A DNA stretch of 59,369 bases, from NCBI GenBank assembly GCA_947464595.1, contig CANHXO010000001.1, positions 1-59,369 of the forward strand. Reading direction: 5' to 3'. This DNA comes from Cytophagaceae bacterium (GTDB lineage Bacteria > Bacteroidota > Bacteroidia > Cytophagales > Spirosomataceae). The notes beneath the pieces were generated by a model that ran no database searches, was not told where the DNA came from, and worked only from the letters and a program-made list of their open reading frames with translations. Positions 41,057 through 50,608 of the stretch are shown piece after piece. A program made the translations under genes and the position numbers. Every line of letters starts with the position of its first letter. The first letter of the stretch is position 1.

Positions 41057-42124
41057 TTAATTCCAATGTTTAACTAAAAAATCAATCCAATTTTGATGAC
41101 AAATTTTGGTAATATCGTCATTTGAAAAACCTCTTTTTAATAGCAAATCTGGAATCTTTTGTAGGTCAGCTATGGATTTAATATCCATTGGTGATTGTTC
41201 AGTGCCAAACCCACCATCTAAATCAGTCCCAATTCCTACATGATTTGTATTGCCCGCAAGGCTACAAATATGAACTAAATGGTCTATCATGACATTTAAA
41301 TCCACTTTCATGTCTTTGGGATTTGAAACTCCTCTCACCCAATGTGGAACCATCATCCAAGCATCTAATGGTAAGCCAATCACAGCTCCCCTTCGAATGA
41401 TTTCTCTAAATTGCTCATCAGTAAATTGACGATTGTGATTAACAAGAGATCGACTATTTTGATGACTAGCCCAAATAGACCCGTTGAAAATTTCCATGGC
41501 TTCCCAAAAGCTATCATCACATAAGTGTGTCGCATCTAATATAATCCCTAAGGATTCCATTTTTACTAATAAATCTTTTCCATGTGGCCCTAAGCCACCT
41601 GTTGCGTTTGTTCCTTGTGCATACCTTCCTGGCCCATAATGTGCTGGTCCTAATGCCCTTAAGCCGTAGTTGTAAGCTATGTCTAAGTATTCAATTGATA
41701 AGATCGAATCTGCACCTTCTAAACTTAATATATAACCGATACATTTTTTATCATCCTTTGAGCCATTCCAATAATTGATATGGTTTTGTAATTCAGTGGA
41801 ATTTCGAATAGGTGATAATTCGCCCAATGATTCTAAAGCTTTGTAATAGGCTAATTGACCTTGGGTCTGAGCCCAAGCTTGCTCAGGAGAATTCCAACCA
41901 GGTAATTCGGATGATTTATCAACATAACGCGCAATTTGTGTCGCTACTACAATACCAATGTTACCTTTACGAAGTTCCTCTAAAGAGACAGTGGCATTAC
42001 CTCTGTCCAATTTGTCAGTCAATCCATATTCCCTTGAATTAATTTCTGAAATAGATGAACGTAAATCTCTATTCCATTCTAAAGCATTCATGCTAAGGTC
42101 TAAATGCGCATCAAAGAGTAACAT
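41057..42124 (-). CDS. Membrane/renal dipeptidase family (M19) amidohydrolase
   Basis: DAHLD, SLEGAD, LDATHL, ASHQN, GIGTDLDGG. Confidence 0.88.
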   Translation of the reverse strand: MLLFDAHLDLSMNALEWNRDLRSSISEINSREYGLTDKLDRGNATVSLEELRKGNIGIVVATQIARYVDKSSELPGWNSPEQAWAQTQGQLAYYKALESLGELSPIRNSTELQNHINYWNGSKDDKKCIGYILSLEGADSILSIEYLDIAYNYGLRALGPAHYGPGRYAQGTNATGGLGPHGKDLLVKMESLGIILDATHLCDDSFWEAMEIFNGSIWASHQNSRSLVNHNRQFTDEQFREIIRRGAVIGLPLDAWMMVPHWVRGVSNPKDMKVDLNVMIDHLVHICSLAGNTNHVGIGTDLDGGFGTEQSPMDIKSIADLQKIPDLLLKRGFSNDDITKICHQNWIDFLVKHWN

Positions 42125-42125
42125 A

Positions 42126-43205
42126 TCATATATTTATTTTACGATTTCTAGCTTTAACACTCCACTCTCCTATTAATTCATTATTTTCAATAACTTGTAA
42201 ATTTTGATGAAGCGCCACCGTAGGGCAAATATGATATGGGTGCATACGAATGACTTGACCAATTTCTATCTTTGAATTCTCTTCAACCTCAATTATTCCA
42301 TGCTCTTCACTTTGACTTTTTAAGGTCCAATGTGGAAAATCAATAAAGCGAACTCTATTCTCAATGGGATTTTCTGCCGCTACGGATTTATGACCTAAAT
42401 CTATACAGATAGTTGATGCTGTTGGCTTTGAAATCACTCTTGAAATGATCTGAACGGCTAAATTAAAGGTATTTTGAGGAAACAGATGGGCATAGCCTAT
42501 GTCAAAAAATACAAAGGTACCTGGGCTACATACAAAGCGATGATTGATGTGATGTACTAAAAAACTAGGTGTACCACCGACCACTAATTCATACGCATCA
42601 TCTACTTTGTCCACCAATGTATGAAACTCAGCAAAGTCATTCTGTATATGTTCGATCCGTTGGCTTATTTCAAAATCCCTTATATGTCCATCATAAGCAT
42701 GTAGCCCTTTAATAGTTAGATGGCTTAAATGATCATTAATATCCGCAATTAACCTAAAAGCTGCATTAGGTATAATTCCAGTACGGTTCATTCCCACATT
42801 AATATCTATGAAAATATCTACCATTAGGCTATTTTTTATAGCTAAGTCATTTATTTCTTTAGCCGCTACATAATCATCAACAAGACATGAAAATTGGACA
42901 TTGGGATAGAATTTGACCAATTCAATAAACCTTATAAGTGTGGTTCCTGTAGGTTGAATGGATAATAAAACATCTTTTGCCTCCGATATGGCCAATAATT
43001 CTGCTTCTGCTATGGTAGAACATTTAAATTTTAATATTCCGGCATTTAGCAGTAATTCATTAACCTCTTGCGTTTTATGTGTTTTTATATGCGGCCTTAA
43101 TCTAGCTACATTTCCTCCTACCATATCAATGGCTTTCTTAATGTTGGCTTTAACTATTTCAGGATAAATGATTAATCCAGGACTTTCAATTTTGGTGAAA
43201 TTCAT
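42126..43205 (-). CDS. D-threonine aldolase / DSD1-family fold-type III PLP enzyme
   Basis: LRPHIKTHK, GMNRTG, HAYDGH, GGTPSF, SEEHG, HICPTV. Confidence 0.88.
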   Translation of the reverse strand: MNFTKIESPGLIIYPEIVKANIKKAIDMVGGNVARLRPHIKTHKTQEVNELLLNAGILKFKCSTIAEAELLAISEAKDVLLSIQPTGTTLIRFIELVKFYPNVQFSCLVDDYVAAKEINDLAIKNSLMVDIFIDINVGMNRTGIIPNAAFRLIADINDHLSHLTIKGLHAYDGHIRDFEISQRIEHIQNDFAEFHTLVDKVDDAYELVVGGTPSFLVHHINHRFVCSPGTFVFFDIGYAHLFPQNTFNLAVQIISRVISKPTASTICIDLGHKSVAAENPIENRVRFIDFPHWTLKSQSEEHGIIEVEENSKIEIGQVIRMHPYHICPTVALHQNLQVIENNELIGEWSVKARNRKINI

Positions 43206-43209
43206 CAAC

Positions 43210-43992
43210 TTATAATAAAGAACGATCTAAATGAACATATCCTCCATCTACATGGATTAGTTGGCCCGTCGTATGACTTGATTTACTGGATAATAAAAAA
43301 GCAACCATGGCCCCCAATTCCTCTTTAGTTGTCATACGCTTCCCCAAAGGAATTCTTCTTTCAATCTCATTTAAAGTTTCCTCTGGATTTGGTAATGTTT
43401 GAATCCATTTATCATACATGGGTGTATAACATTCTGCTACAATCACAGCATTAACTCGTATCCCGTGGGGAAGCAATTCAACAGCCCATTCTCGAGTTAG
43501 TGCATTTCTTCCTCCATTCGATGCGGCATAAGCTGATGTACCACCTTGACCTGTTTCCGCTACTTTAGATCCAATATTGACAATAGAACCTTGGGTCTTA
43601 ATTAAATAAGGTAAACAAGCCTGAGCTAATAAATAATAGTGGATTAAATTAGCATGCAATGACTGTACAAATTTCTCATAAGTACCATGGGCTAAACTAA
43701 CTCCATCATTTATTCCAGCATTGTTGACTAATCCATCTATTCGACCAAATTTTTTGAAAATCTCGTCAATTACTGTTTTACATTGATTAGGGTCACTAAG
43801 CTCTGCAACAAATGAAAAAGCTTGTCCTCCTGTCGCTTGAATTTTTTCAATGCATTTTAAATTGTCCTGTTCATTACGACCTATAATCGCTACCATAGCA
43901 CTTTCAAGGGCTAAACTTTCACTTATTCCCTCTCCTATGCCTTTAGCACCTCCAGTAACAATGATGACCTTCTCTTTTAATCCTAAATTCAT
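43210..43992 (-). CDS. SDR, probable L-fucose dehydrogenase
   Basis: TGGAKGIG, NNAGINDGV, SKVAETGQGGTSAYAASNG, LTREWA, HVDGGYVHLDR. ATG at 43992 overlaps the upstream TAA. Confidence 0.8.
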   Translation of the reverse strand: MNLGLKEKVIIVTGGAKGIGEGISESLALESAMVAIIGRNEQDNLKCIEKIQATGGQAFSFVAELSDPNQCKTVIDEIFKKFGRIDGLVNNAGINDGVSLAHGTYEKFVQSLHANLIHYYLLAQACLPYLIKTQGSIVNIGSKVAETGQGGTSAYAASNGGRNALTREWAVELLPHGIRVNAVIVAECYTPMYDKWIQTLPNPEETLNEIERRIPLGKRMTTKEELGAMVAFLLSSKSSHTTGQLIHVDGGYVHLDRSLL

Positions 43993-44822
43993 TATAATTC
44001 TATTTTGTAAAATTTCAGACAATTATCTACCGTTATTTTTTTGACTTCATCGGTGGATAATCGAGCAATGGATTTATTAAATGTATTAACCCAACTAGAT
44101 AATTCTTCTGCCACCAGCACTACAGGATAATCTGTTCCAAACATTAAACGATTAGGACCAAAAACTTCTAAAGATATTTCAATGATGTTTATAATGTCTT
44201 TTTCATCCCAAGCAAACCATTCTGCTTCCGTAATTAAACCTGAAATTTTTGCTGATACATGATCTAATTCTTTAAATTGTCGAATATACTTGTTCCATTC
44301 AGAGACATCACCTGTTTTAATTGGCGGCTTCGCTAAATGATCTAAAACAATTCGTTGATTGGGATTTTTTTTACAAAATTCAATTCCTGAACTTAATTGA
44401 TTTGAATAAATAAGTAAGTCATAGGAAAAATCAAAGGTTTCCAATAAATGAATGCCTCTTAAAAAATCAGGTCTTCCTAAAAATTCAGGATCTGTTTCTC
44501 CTTGTACGACATGTCTAAAGCCGACTATTTGTTCAAATTGTGAAAAGTAGGTTAATCGGTTTTCAACATCTTTTGATTGTAGATCAACCCAGCCAACAAC
44601 TCCCTTAATAAATTCAGATTGTTCAGCTAACGAAATTAAAAAAAAAGTTTCATCCTCTGAAGAATCAGCTTGAACAGCTACACAACCATTAATTCCATTT
44701 TCAGAGAACAAATCTAAAGAATCAAAAGGAAAAAAATTCTGACGAATTCTTCTCATATCATCTGTAATCCAAACATCTCTGTTCGCATTATAGGTCCAAA
44801 AATGTTGATGGGAATCAATCAT
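43992..44822 (-). CDS. Amidohydrolase-2 family, probable L-fuconolactonase
   Basis: IDSHQHFW, GVVGWVDL, LDHLAKP, KISGL, MFGTDYPV; fucose cluster context. Confidence 0.85.
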   Translation of the reverse strand: MIDSHQHFWTYNANRDVWITDDMRRIRQNFFPFDSLDLFSENGINGCVAVQADSSEDETFFLISLAEQSEFIKGVVGWVDLQSKDVENRLTYFSQFEQIVGFRHVVQGETDPEFLGRPDFLRGIHLLETFDFSYDLLIYSNQLSSGIEFCKKNPNQRIVLDHLAKPPIKTGDVSEWNKYIRQFKELDHVSAKISGLITEAEWFAWDEKDIINIIEISLEVFGPNRLMFGTDYPVVLVAEELSSWVNTFNKSIARLSTDEVKKITVDNCLKFYKIEL

Positions 44823-45667
44823 TAAGAATACGCCACTAAATTTTGTTTCTGTTCACCTAAATTATCCATTCCTAAGGTTACACAATCACCTGGTTTTAAA
44901 AAGATAGGTGGCTTTAAACCTAAACCTACTCCATGCGGAGTGCCAGTGCTAATCACATCACCTGGAAGTAAGGTCATAAATTGAGAAATATAAGAAACCA
45001 CTTGAGGTATATTGAAAATTAATTGATTCGTATTACTCACTTGGTATCTTTTACCGTTGACATCCAACCACATGTTCAAATCATGAACATTATTGATTTC
45101 ATCTTTTGTAGCTAAGAACGGTCCTAGGGGTGCAAATGTATCACATCCCTTACCTTTTGACCAATTACCGCCCCTTTCTAATTGAAATTCTCTTTCTGAA
45201 TAATCATTATGTAAACAATATCCTGCTACGTAGTTATAAGCATCTGCTTCGGAAACATATTGCGCTTTTTTTCCAATGACGATGGCTAATTCAACTTCCC
45301 AATCTGTTTTGTAAGAGTTTTTGGGTATAATGACGTCATCGAACGGACCGTTTAAAGCAGTTGTACTTTTAAAAAATAAGATGGGTTCTTTTGGTATTTC
45401 GGCTCCAGTTTCCTTTGCATGGTCGATGTAATTTAAGCCGACACATATGATTTTTGAAGGTCGAGCCACGCAAGAACCAATTCTTTCAGGTTGAACAATT
45501 TCTTTTAAATCTTTACTTTTTACAATATTTTCCAATGCTTGTATTCCATCATTTTCAAAAAATGCTTCGTTATAATCACTAACAAAATCTGAAACATCAA
45601 AGTATTTTCCATTGATTAATACGGCAGGTTTTTCCTTATTTAGTTCTCCTATTCTTACTAATTTCAT
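44822..45667 (-). CDS. Fumarylacetoacetate hydrolase family, probable 2,4-diketo-3-deoxy-L-fuconate hydrolase
   Basis: KIICVGLNY, DWEVEL, NDYSER, GDVISTGTP. Start MKLVRIG at 45667. Confidence 0.85.
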   Translation of the reverse strand: MKLVRIGELNKEKPAVLINGKYFDVSDFVSDYNEAFFENDGIQALENIVKSKDLKEIVQPERIGSCVARPSKIICVGLNYIDHAKETGAEIPKEPILFFKSTTALNGPFDDVIIPKNSYKTDWEVELAIVIGKKAQYVSEADAYNYVAGYCLHNDYSEREFQLERGGNWSKGKGCDTFAPLGPFLATKDEINNVHDLNMWLDVNGKRYQVSNTNQLIFNIPQVVSYISQFMTLLPGDVISTGTPHGVGLGLKPPIFLKPGDCVTLGMDNLGEQKQNLVAYS

Positions 45668-45672
45668 CTTGT

Positions 45673-46347
45673 TTATTTTATGTCTTTTAAAACGTCCCAC
45701 ATCACTTCAGCCAAAAAAATATTCCCGGCCTCATTTAAATGAACTCGATCTGATGTTAAGATACCTAATGATTTATTTTCAGTATTAAATTTAGTTTCAT
45801 AATCAATAAATGATTTACGCAAATCAATTAATTTACATTTTTCATCTACTGCAATTTTTCTAATTAGATTAGCAAAATAATTTAAATCACCATCATTCTC
45901 ATTGGTAGCGTCAAATTTTTCACCAATTAACGTAGGCGTACATATAACTACTTGACTACCTGATTTTTGTATTCTTTGTATTAAAGAATGGTAAAACTTT
46001 TCAAACTTATCGTAATCAGTACCAGTCCTTGAAGAGGTTTTATGCCACACATCATTAATACCAATATAAATAACGACTATATTAGGCTTTTTCGCCAGAA
46101 CATCTTCCTCATGTCGTAAGTATAAATCATAAATTTTATTTCCACCAATTCCAGCTCCTATTAGTTCATATTTACCAGTTAGGCCTTTAGCAGATATCAT
46201 TTCAGCCATTTTTGTAATATAACCTGATTTACCGACTCCTGCTTGCGTAATCGAATCTCCAAAAAATAATATTTTGATCGGATTTTCAGCTTTAAATGAA
46301 AATAATGTAGTTACTACGAACAAAATCAATATTATTTTAATCTTCAT
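45673..46347 (-). CDS. SGNH/GDSL hydrolase with signal peptide
   Basis: FFGDSIT, GIGGN, GINDV, DRVHLN. Confidence 0.88.
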   Translation of the reverse strand: MKIKIILILFVVTTLFSFKAENPIKILFFGDSITQAGVGKSGYITKMAEMISAKGLTGKYELIGAGIGGNKIYDLYLRHEEDVLAKKPNIVVIYIGINDVWHKTSSRTGTDYDKFEKFYHSLIQRIQKSGSQVVICTPTLIGEKFDATNENDGDLNYFANLIRKIAVDEKCKLIDLRKSFIDYETKFNTENKSLGILTSDRVHLNEAGNIFLAEVMWDVLKDIK

Positions 46348-46352
46348 CGTTT

Positions 46353-47120
46353 CTAATTGTTTAAATATAAAAATCCTCCATCCAATGGGTAATCACAACC
46401 CGTTGCAAATGAAGCTTCATCCGAACATAAATACAAGGCTAAATGAGCTATTTCAATTGGTTTTGCCATCCTTCCAATGGGTTGAGATGCGGATAACTTT
46501 TCATACATCTCATTCTGGTTATTTGGATAATTCTTTTGAATGAATCCATCTACAAATGGCGTATGTACCCTTGCAGGGGAAATACAATTGCATCTAATCC
46601 CTTTTGAAATATAATCTTTTGCGATGGATTGAGTCATGGATTTAATCGCACCTTTAGTCATGGAATATCCAAAACGATCGGGTATGCCAACAGATGAAGC
46701 GACTGAGGCCATATTTAAAATAACTCCTAAACTATTTTTAACCATTGTGGGTATGACCGCTTTAATACAATTAAACGCCCCTTTTACATTGACATCAAAG
46801 ATTTTCTGGAAATCTTCTGAACTTGTATTTTCAACATTTCCAATTTGTGCAATTCCAGCATTATTGATTAAAATATCAATTTTTTCAAATGAATTTATTT
46901 CATTTAAAACCAATTGTTCATTGGTAATATCCACTGGATGAAACGCAGACTTTTGATTAAATTGTTTTACTTCTGATATCGTATCCTCACTTAATGAGCT
47001 TTTCAAATCAAAAATATGAACTTCAGCACCTTGTTGGGCAAAAAGTATCGATATAGCTCTTCCAATTCCGGAGCTACCTCCAGTAATGATCGCTATTTTA
47101 TTTTCTAAAGAAAAAATCAT
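46353..47120 (-). CDS. SDR, probable 2-keto-3-deoxy-L-fuconate dehydrogenase
   Basis: TGGSSGIG, DRFGYSMTKGA, IRCNCISPARVHTPFV, QPIGRM. Confidence 0.8.
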   Translation of the reverse strand: MIFSLENKIAIITGGSSGIGRAISILFAQQGAEVHIFDLKSSLSEDTISEVKQFNQKSAFHPVDITNEQLVLNEINSFEKIDILINNAGIAQIGNVENTSSEDFQKIFDVNVKGAFNCIKAVIPTMVKNSLGVILNMASVASSVGIPDRFGYSMTKGAIKSMTQSIAKDYISKGIRCNCISPARVHTPFVDGFIQKNYPNNQNEMYEKLSASQPIGRMAKPIEIAHLALYLCSDEASFATGCDYPLDGGFLYLNN

Positions 47121-47129
47121 AAAATCTTG

Positions 47130-48794
47130 TTATAATTTAACACCTCTTCGCCAAAACATAAAATCATCTTGTCCTAAATCCATAGCCTTAGTATTAATTT
47201 CACCTGAAGCTAACTTAATAATATAATCTAAAACTTCTTCTCCTATTTCTTCGACTGAACTATCACCTGAAATAATGGGCCCGCAGTCTATATCAATAAT
47301 TTCAGGTAGCTTTTCAGCTAACCTAGTATTAGTTGATAATTTAACCATTGGGCATATAGGATTACCTGTCGGCGTTCCTAACCCCGTCGTAAATAGCTGT
47401 ATTGTAGCGCCTGCACCAGCCATACCAGTGGTTGCCAAAACATCATTACCAGGAGTACAAACTAGATTTAAGCCACTCTTTACTACATATTGTCCATAGC
47501 CAACAGCTGCTTGAATAGGTGATGATCCTGCCTTTTTTGCCGCTCCAGCAGATTTAATAGCATCCGTAATTAATCCATCTTTAATGTTTCCAGGGGAAGG
47601 ATTCATATCAAACCCCGCACCTACGGCAGCCGCTCTTTTGGCATATTCACGCATCATTAATCCAAAATCATCCGCTACTTGACTATTAATAGACCTATTT
47701 TGAAGCTCTTGCTCAACCCCACATAACTCAGGAAATTCAGCTATCATGACCGTTCCTCCCAAGGCAACAATCAAATCAGCCGTATGCCCAATGGCGGGAT
47801 TAGCAGAAATACCAGAGAACCCATCTGACCCCCCACACTTAACACCTACCCTTAACTTTGATAAAGGAGCAGAAGTCCTTTGGTATTTATTAATTTCTAC
47901 TAATCCTTCAAATGTCTTATGAATGACCTCACTTAACATTTGTTCTACCCCACTGCCTTCATCTTGCTGCTGCTCAAAAATATAGAGGGGTTTTGAAAAA
48001 TTAGGATCTTTTTCCTTTAATTTTTGTTGGAATAAACTAATCTGAGAATTTTGACATCCCAAACTTAAAATTGTAATACCACCTACATTAGGATTTAAAC
48101 AATAACCTGCTAATAACGAACATAAATTATCTGACTCATCTTTATTTTCACCACAACCACTCTCATGTGTCAAAAATTTAATGCCATCGATGTTTTTAAA
48201 TAAGTCACTCTTATGGACTAAAGTTGTTTTTTTTGATTTTTGGAAATCTGGTAATTTTAATTCTTCACCATTTTGAACCTGATTTTTTAAGATCACAACC
48301 TGCTCAGTAAAAGGATCGTTTTTTTGGAAACCTAATCCATTAATGAAAGCATTCTTTAATAGTTCAATATTTCTGTTTTCACAAAATACTAAAGGGATGA
48401 CAAGCCAAAAATTTTGCGTACCTACTTGACCATCAGTTCTATGGTAACCATTAAAAGTTTTATCTTTCCATTTGTCAACATTTGGAGGTGACCATTGGTA
48501 TTCTTTTATTTTACCCTTAAATTCTTGAGATGCGTGGTGAAGATTAAATGTATGAACTAAGCCACCTTTAGGAATAGTTTGTTTGGCTATTCCAACTAAA
48601 ACGCCGTACATAATGGCTTCTCCATTCATTGGAATTGTTTCTGTGGTAAATTTATGCTTAGCATCAATATCGTCTTGCAAAATGATGCTGTTTCCATTGT
48701 GAATAATCTCAGTTCCTTTTTTTAAATTTTGTAGCGCTACTAATAAATTATCTACCCCATTAATTTGTAAAAAAGTTTTTCTTGTAGTAATCAT
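47130..48794 (-). CDS. UxaA/altronate dehydratase family (SAF + catalytic domain), probable L-fuconate dehydratase
   Basis: N-terminal SAF domain, VFCENRN, KCGGSDGFSGISANP, NPSPGN..DGL, FTTGLGTP. Confidence 0.85.
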   Translation of the reverse strand: MITTRKTFLQINGVDNLLVALQNLKKGTEIIHNGNSIILQDDIDAKHKFTTETIPMNGEAIMYGVLVGIAKQTIPKGGLVHTFNLHHASQEFKGKIKEYQWSPPNVDKWKDKTFNGYHRTDGQVGTQNFWLVIPLVFCENRNIELLKNAFINGLGFQKNDPFTEQVVILKNQVQNGEELKLPDFQKSKKTTLVHKSDLFKNIDGIKFLTHESGCGENKDESDNLCSLLAGYCLNPNVGGITILSLGCQNSQISLFQQKLKEKDPNFSKPLYIFEQQQDEGSGVEQMLSEVIHKTFEGLVEINKYQRTSAPLSKLRVGVKCGGSDGFSGISANPAIGHTADLIVALGGTVMIAEFPELCGVEQELQNRSINSQVADDFGLMMREYAKRAAAVGAGFDMNPSPGNIKDGLITDAIKSAGAAKKAGSSPIQAAVGYGQYVVKSGLNLVCTPGNDVLATTGMAGAGATIQLFTTGLGTPTGNPICPMVKLSTNTRLAEKLPEIIDIDCGPIISGDSSVEEIGEEVLDYIIKLASGEINTKAMDLGQDDFMFWRRGVKL

Positions 48795-48797
48795 TAT

Positions 48798-49127
48798 TTA
48801 TAATTTAAAAATATTCTCTGCCAAAACCCACTTAACATGCTTAGGAGCACCTGGTATACTTTTTTGAAAATTAGACATCAATTTTTCCCATTCAACAACT
48901 TCAGGATTATTTGAATCCAATTGATTTTTATATTCAAAACTGAAATCATCATTTGCGATAATTTCCATTACCAAGCGGTCATTAAACCTATATATTTCCA
49001 TGGAATTAATTCCAGAATCCAAAATACTATTTTTGATCGCTATGGGAATCGATTTATGGTAATTTATATAATCTGAAATCAATTTTTCATCATTCACTAA
49101 ATCTAAAAATAAAATGTATTTCTTCAT
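48798..49127 (-). CDS. L-rhamnose/L-fucose mutarotase family
   Basis: LDL...I..Y...H, GI..MEIYR...RL.M, WE.LM..FQ. Confidence 0.85.
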   Translation of the reverse strand: MKKYILFLDLVNDEKLISDYINYHKSIPIAIKNSILDSGINSMEIYRFNDRLVMEIIANDDFSFEYKNQLDSNNPEVVEWEKLMSNFQKSIPGAPKHVKWVLAENIFKL

Positions 49128-50473
49128 TATATTTTTTTGATGGGTAGTTTATATCCATTATAGGAATAAAAAACGATGAATATAAAGCATAATAAAGGAA
49201 TAACGAGAGCTACTGGTGTACTAATCTTAAATAACGCCGCTGTAATTGGTGGAATAATGGCACCCCCTACAATAGACATTATAATTAAGGAAGAAGCTAA
49301 TTTCGAACCTTCACCTAAGTCTTTACATGCAAGTGCAAATATAGTAGGAAACATAATCGATTGAAAGAAATATACCATCATTAATGCAACTAATGCATAA
49401 ACACCGCCACCAAAAATCGAGATTAGAATTGAAATTACAGCTCCTATTGAATATACACCTAAAATTTTATTTGAGTCATTTTTGCTCATAAAATAAGTTC
49501 CTATAAACCGACCAAACATAAAAAGGACAAAGGCAAAAGACGCATGAAAACTTGCAATTTGTGTTGGTGACATCTCACTGGTAGTTTGATAGATTTTTTG
49601 AACAATCCACAAATTCGTATCACTGGCTAAGTCAATTTTTAAATCAACAAAATTACCCCATAAGGAAACTTGTGCACCGACATTACAAAATTGAGCAATA
49701 ATACCTAAGGTCAAATGTCTGTTCTTTAATAAATTAGTAATTGTTATCTTGGTTTGAGAGGCAACCTTATTAGTTGCTTCTGTCACCTCTGGCATTTTAG
49801 TAATCGCAAATAAAACGGCAACAATAGCTACCACAGCACCTATGATTAGGTAGGGTAGTTGGACTGAGTTAGCTTGAGATATACGTATCGCTTCAGCTTC
49901 TGCCACGGGTAGACTGTTTAATAGTTCTCTACTATATTCCTTTTCAGAAAATATAAAAAATCCGCCAATAACAGGACCTAAAATGATGCTTATCCCATTA
50001 AATGATTGAGCAAAATTTAATCTAAAATCACCCGTTTTGGGATCCCCTAAAACTGTCACATATAAATTAGCTGCTGTTTCCAAAAATGCTATTCCACTAG
50101 CAATTAAGAACAAGGCTGCCAAGAAAAATGAATATAATCTTATTTCTGCAGCAGGGTAAAATAAAAATGCACCTGCAGCATATAATATTAATCCAATTAA
50201 TATGCCCATTTTGTAACCAAGCTTTTTCATTACATAGCCCGCGGGCAAGGCCATAATAAAATATCCTAAATAAAATGCAGTTTCAACTATATTGGCTTGC
50301 CATCTCTGTAAGTCAAGTGCTGTTTGAAATTGTTTAACCAATGTACCATTCAAACTATTGGCTAATCCCCAAAGAAAGAACAAGCTAGTCACTAAACTAA
50401 ATGGAATGAGGTAGTTAGATTTAGCAGATTTAGCTACGTGAATATTTTCATTTTCAAAGGTGGGTAACGCCAT
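49127..50473 (-). CDS. fucP: L-fucose:H+ symporter (MFS)
   Basis: SLFFLWG, FLETAANLY, RLNFAQSFNG, SIMFPTIF, MSIVGGA. Confidence 0.9.
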   Translation of the reverse strand: MALPTFENENIHVAKSAKSNYLIPFSLVTSLFFLWGLANSLNGTLVKQFQTALDLQRWQANIVETAFYLGYFIMALPAGYVMKKLGYKMGILIGLILYAAGAFLFYPAAEIRLYSFFLAALFLIASGIAFLETAANLYVTVLGDPKTGDFRLNFAQSFNGISIILGPVIGGFFIFSEKEYSRELLNSLPVAEAEAIRISQANSVQLPYLIIGAVVAIVAVLFAITKMPEVTEATNKVASQTKITITNLLKNRHLTLGIIAQFCNVGAQVSLWGNFVDLKIDLASDTNLWIVQKIYQTTSEMSPTQIASFHASFAFVLFMFGRFIGTYFMSKNDSNKILGVYSIGAVISILISIFGGGVYALVALMMVYFFQSIMFPTIFALACKDLGEGSKLASSLIIMSIVGGAIIPPITAALFKISTPVALVIPLLCFIFIVFYSYNGYKLPIKKI

Positions 50474-50608
50474 AGGAATATATTTTTATTAAAAAGGATA
50501 AAACACTTTCAATATACCTTCTTTTTTTTAAAATTTTAAATTCAAAGACTATTATTTTTGTAATTTTAGTGTGAACTCTTCACCTAATCTTTGTCTACTA
50601 TATTTCTA

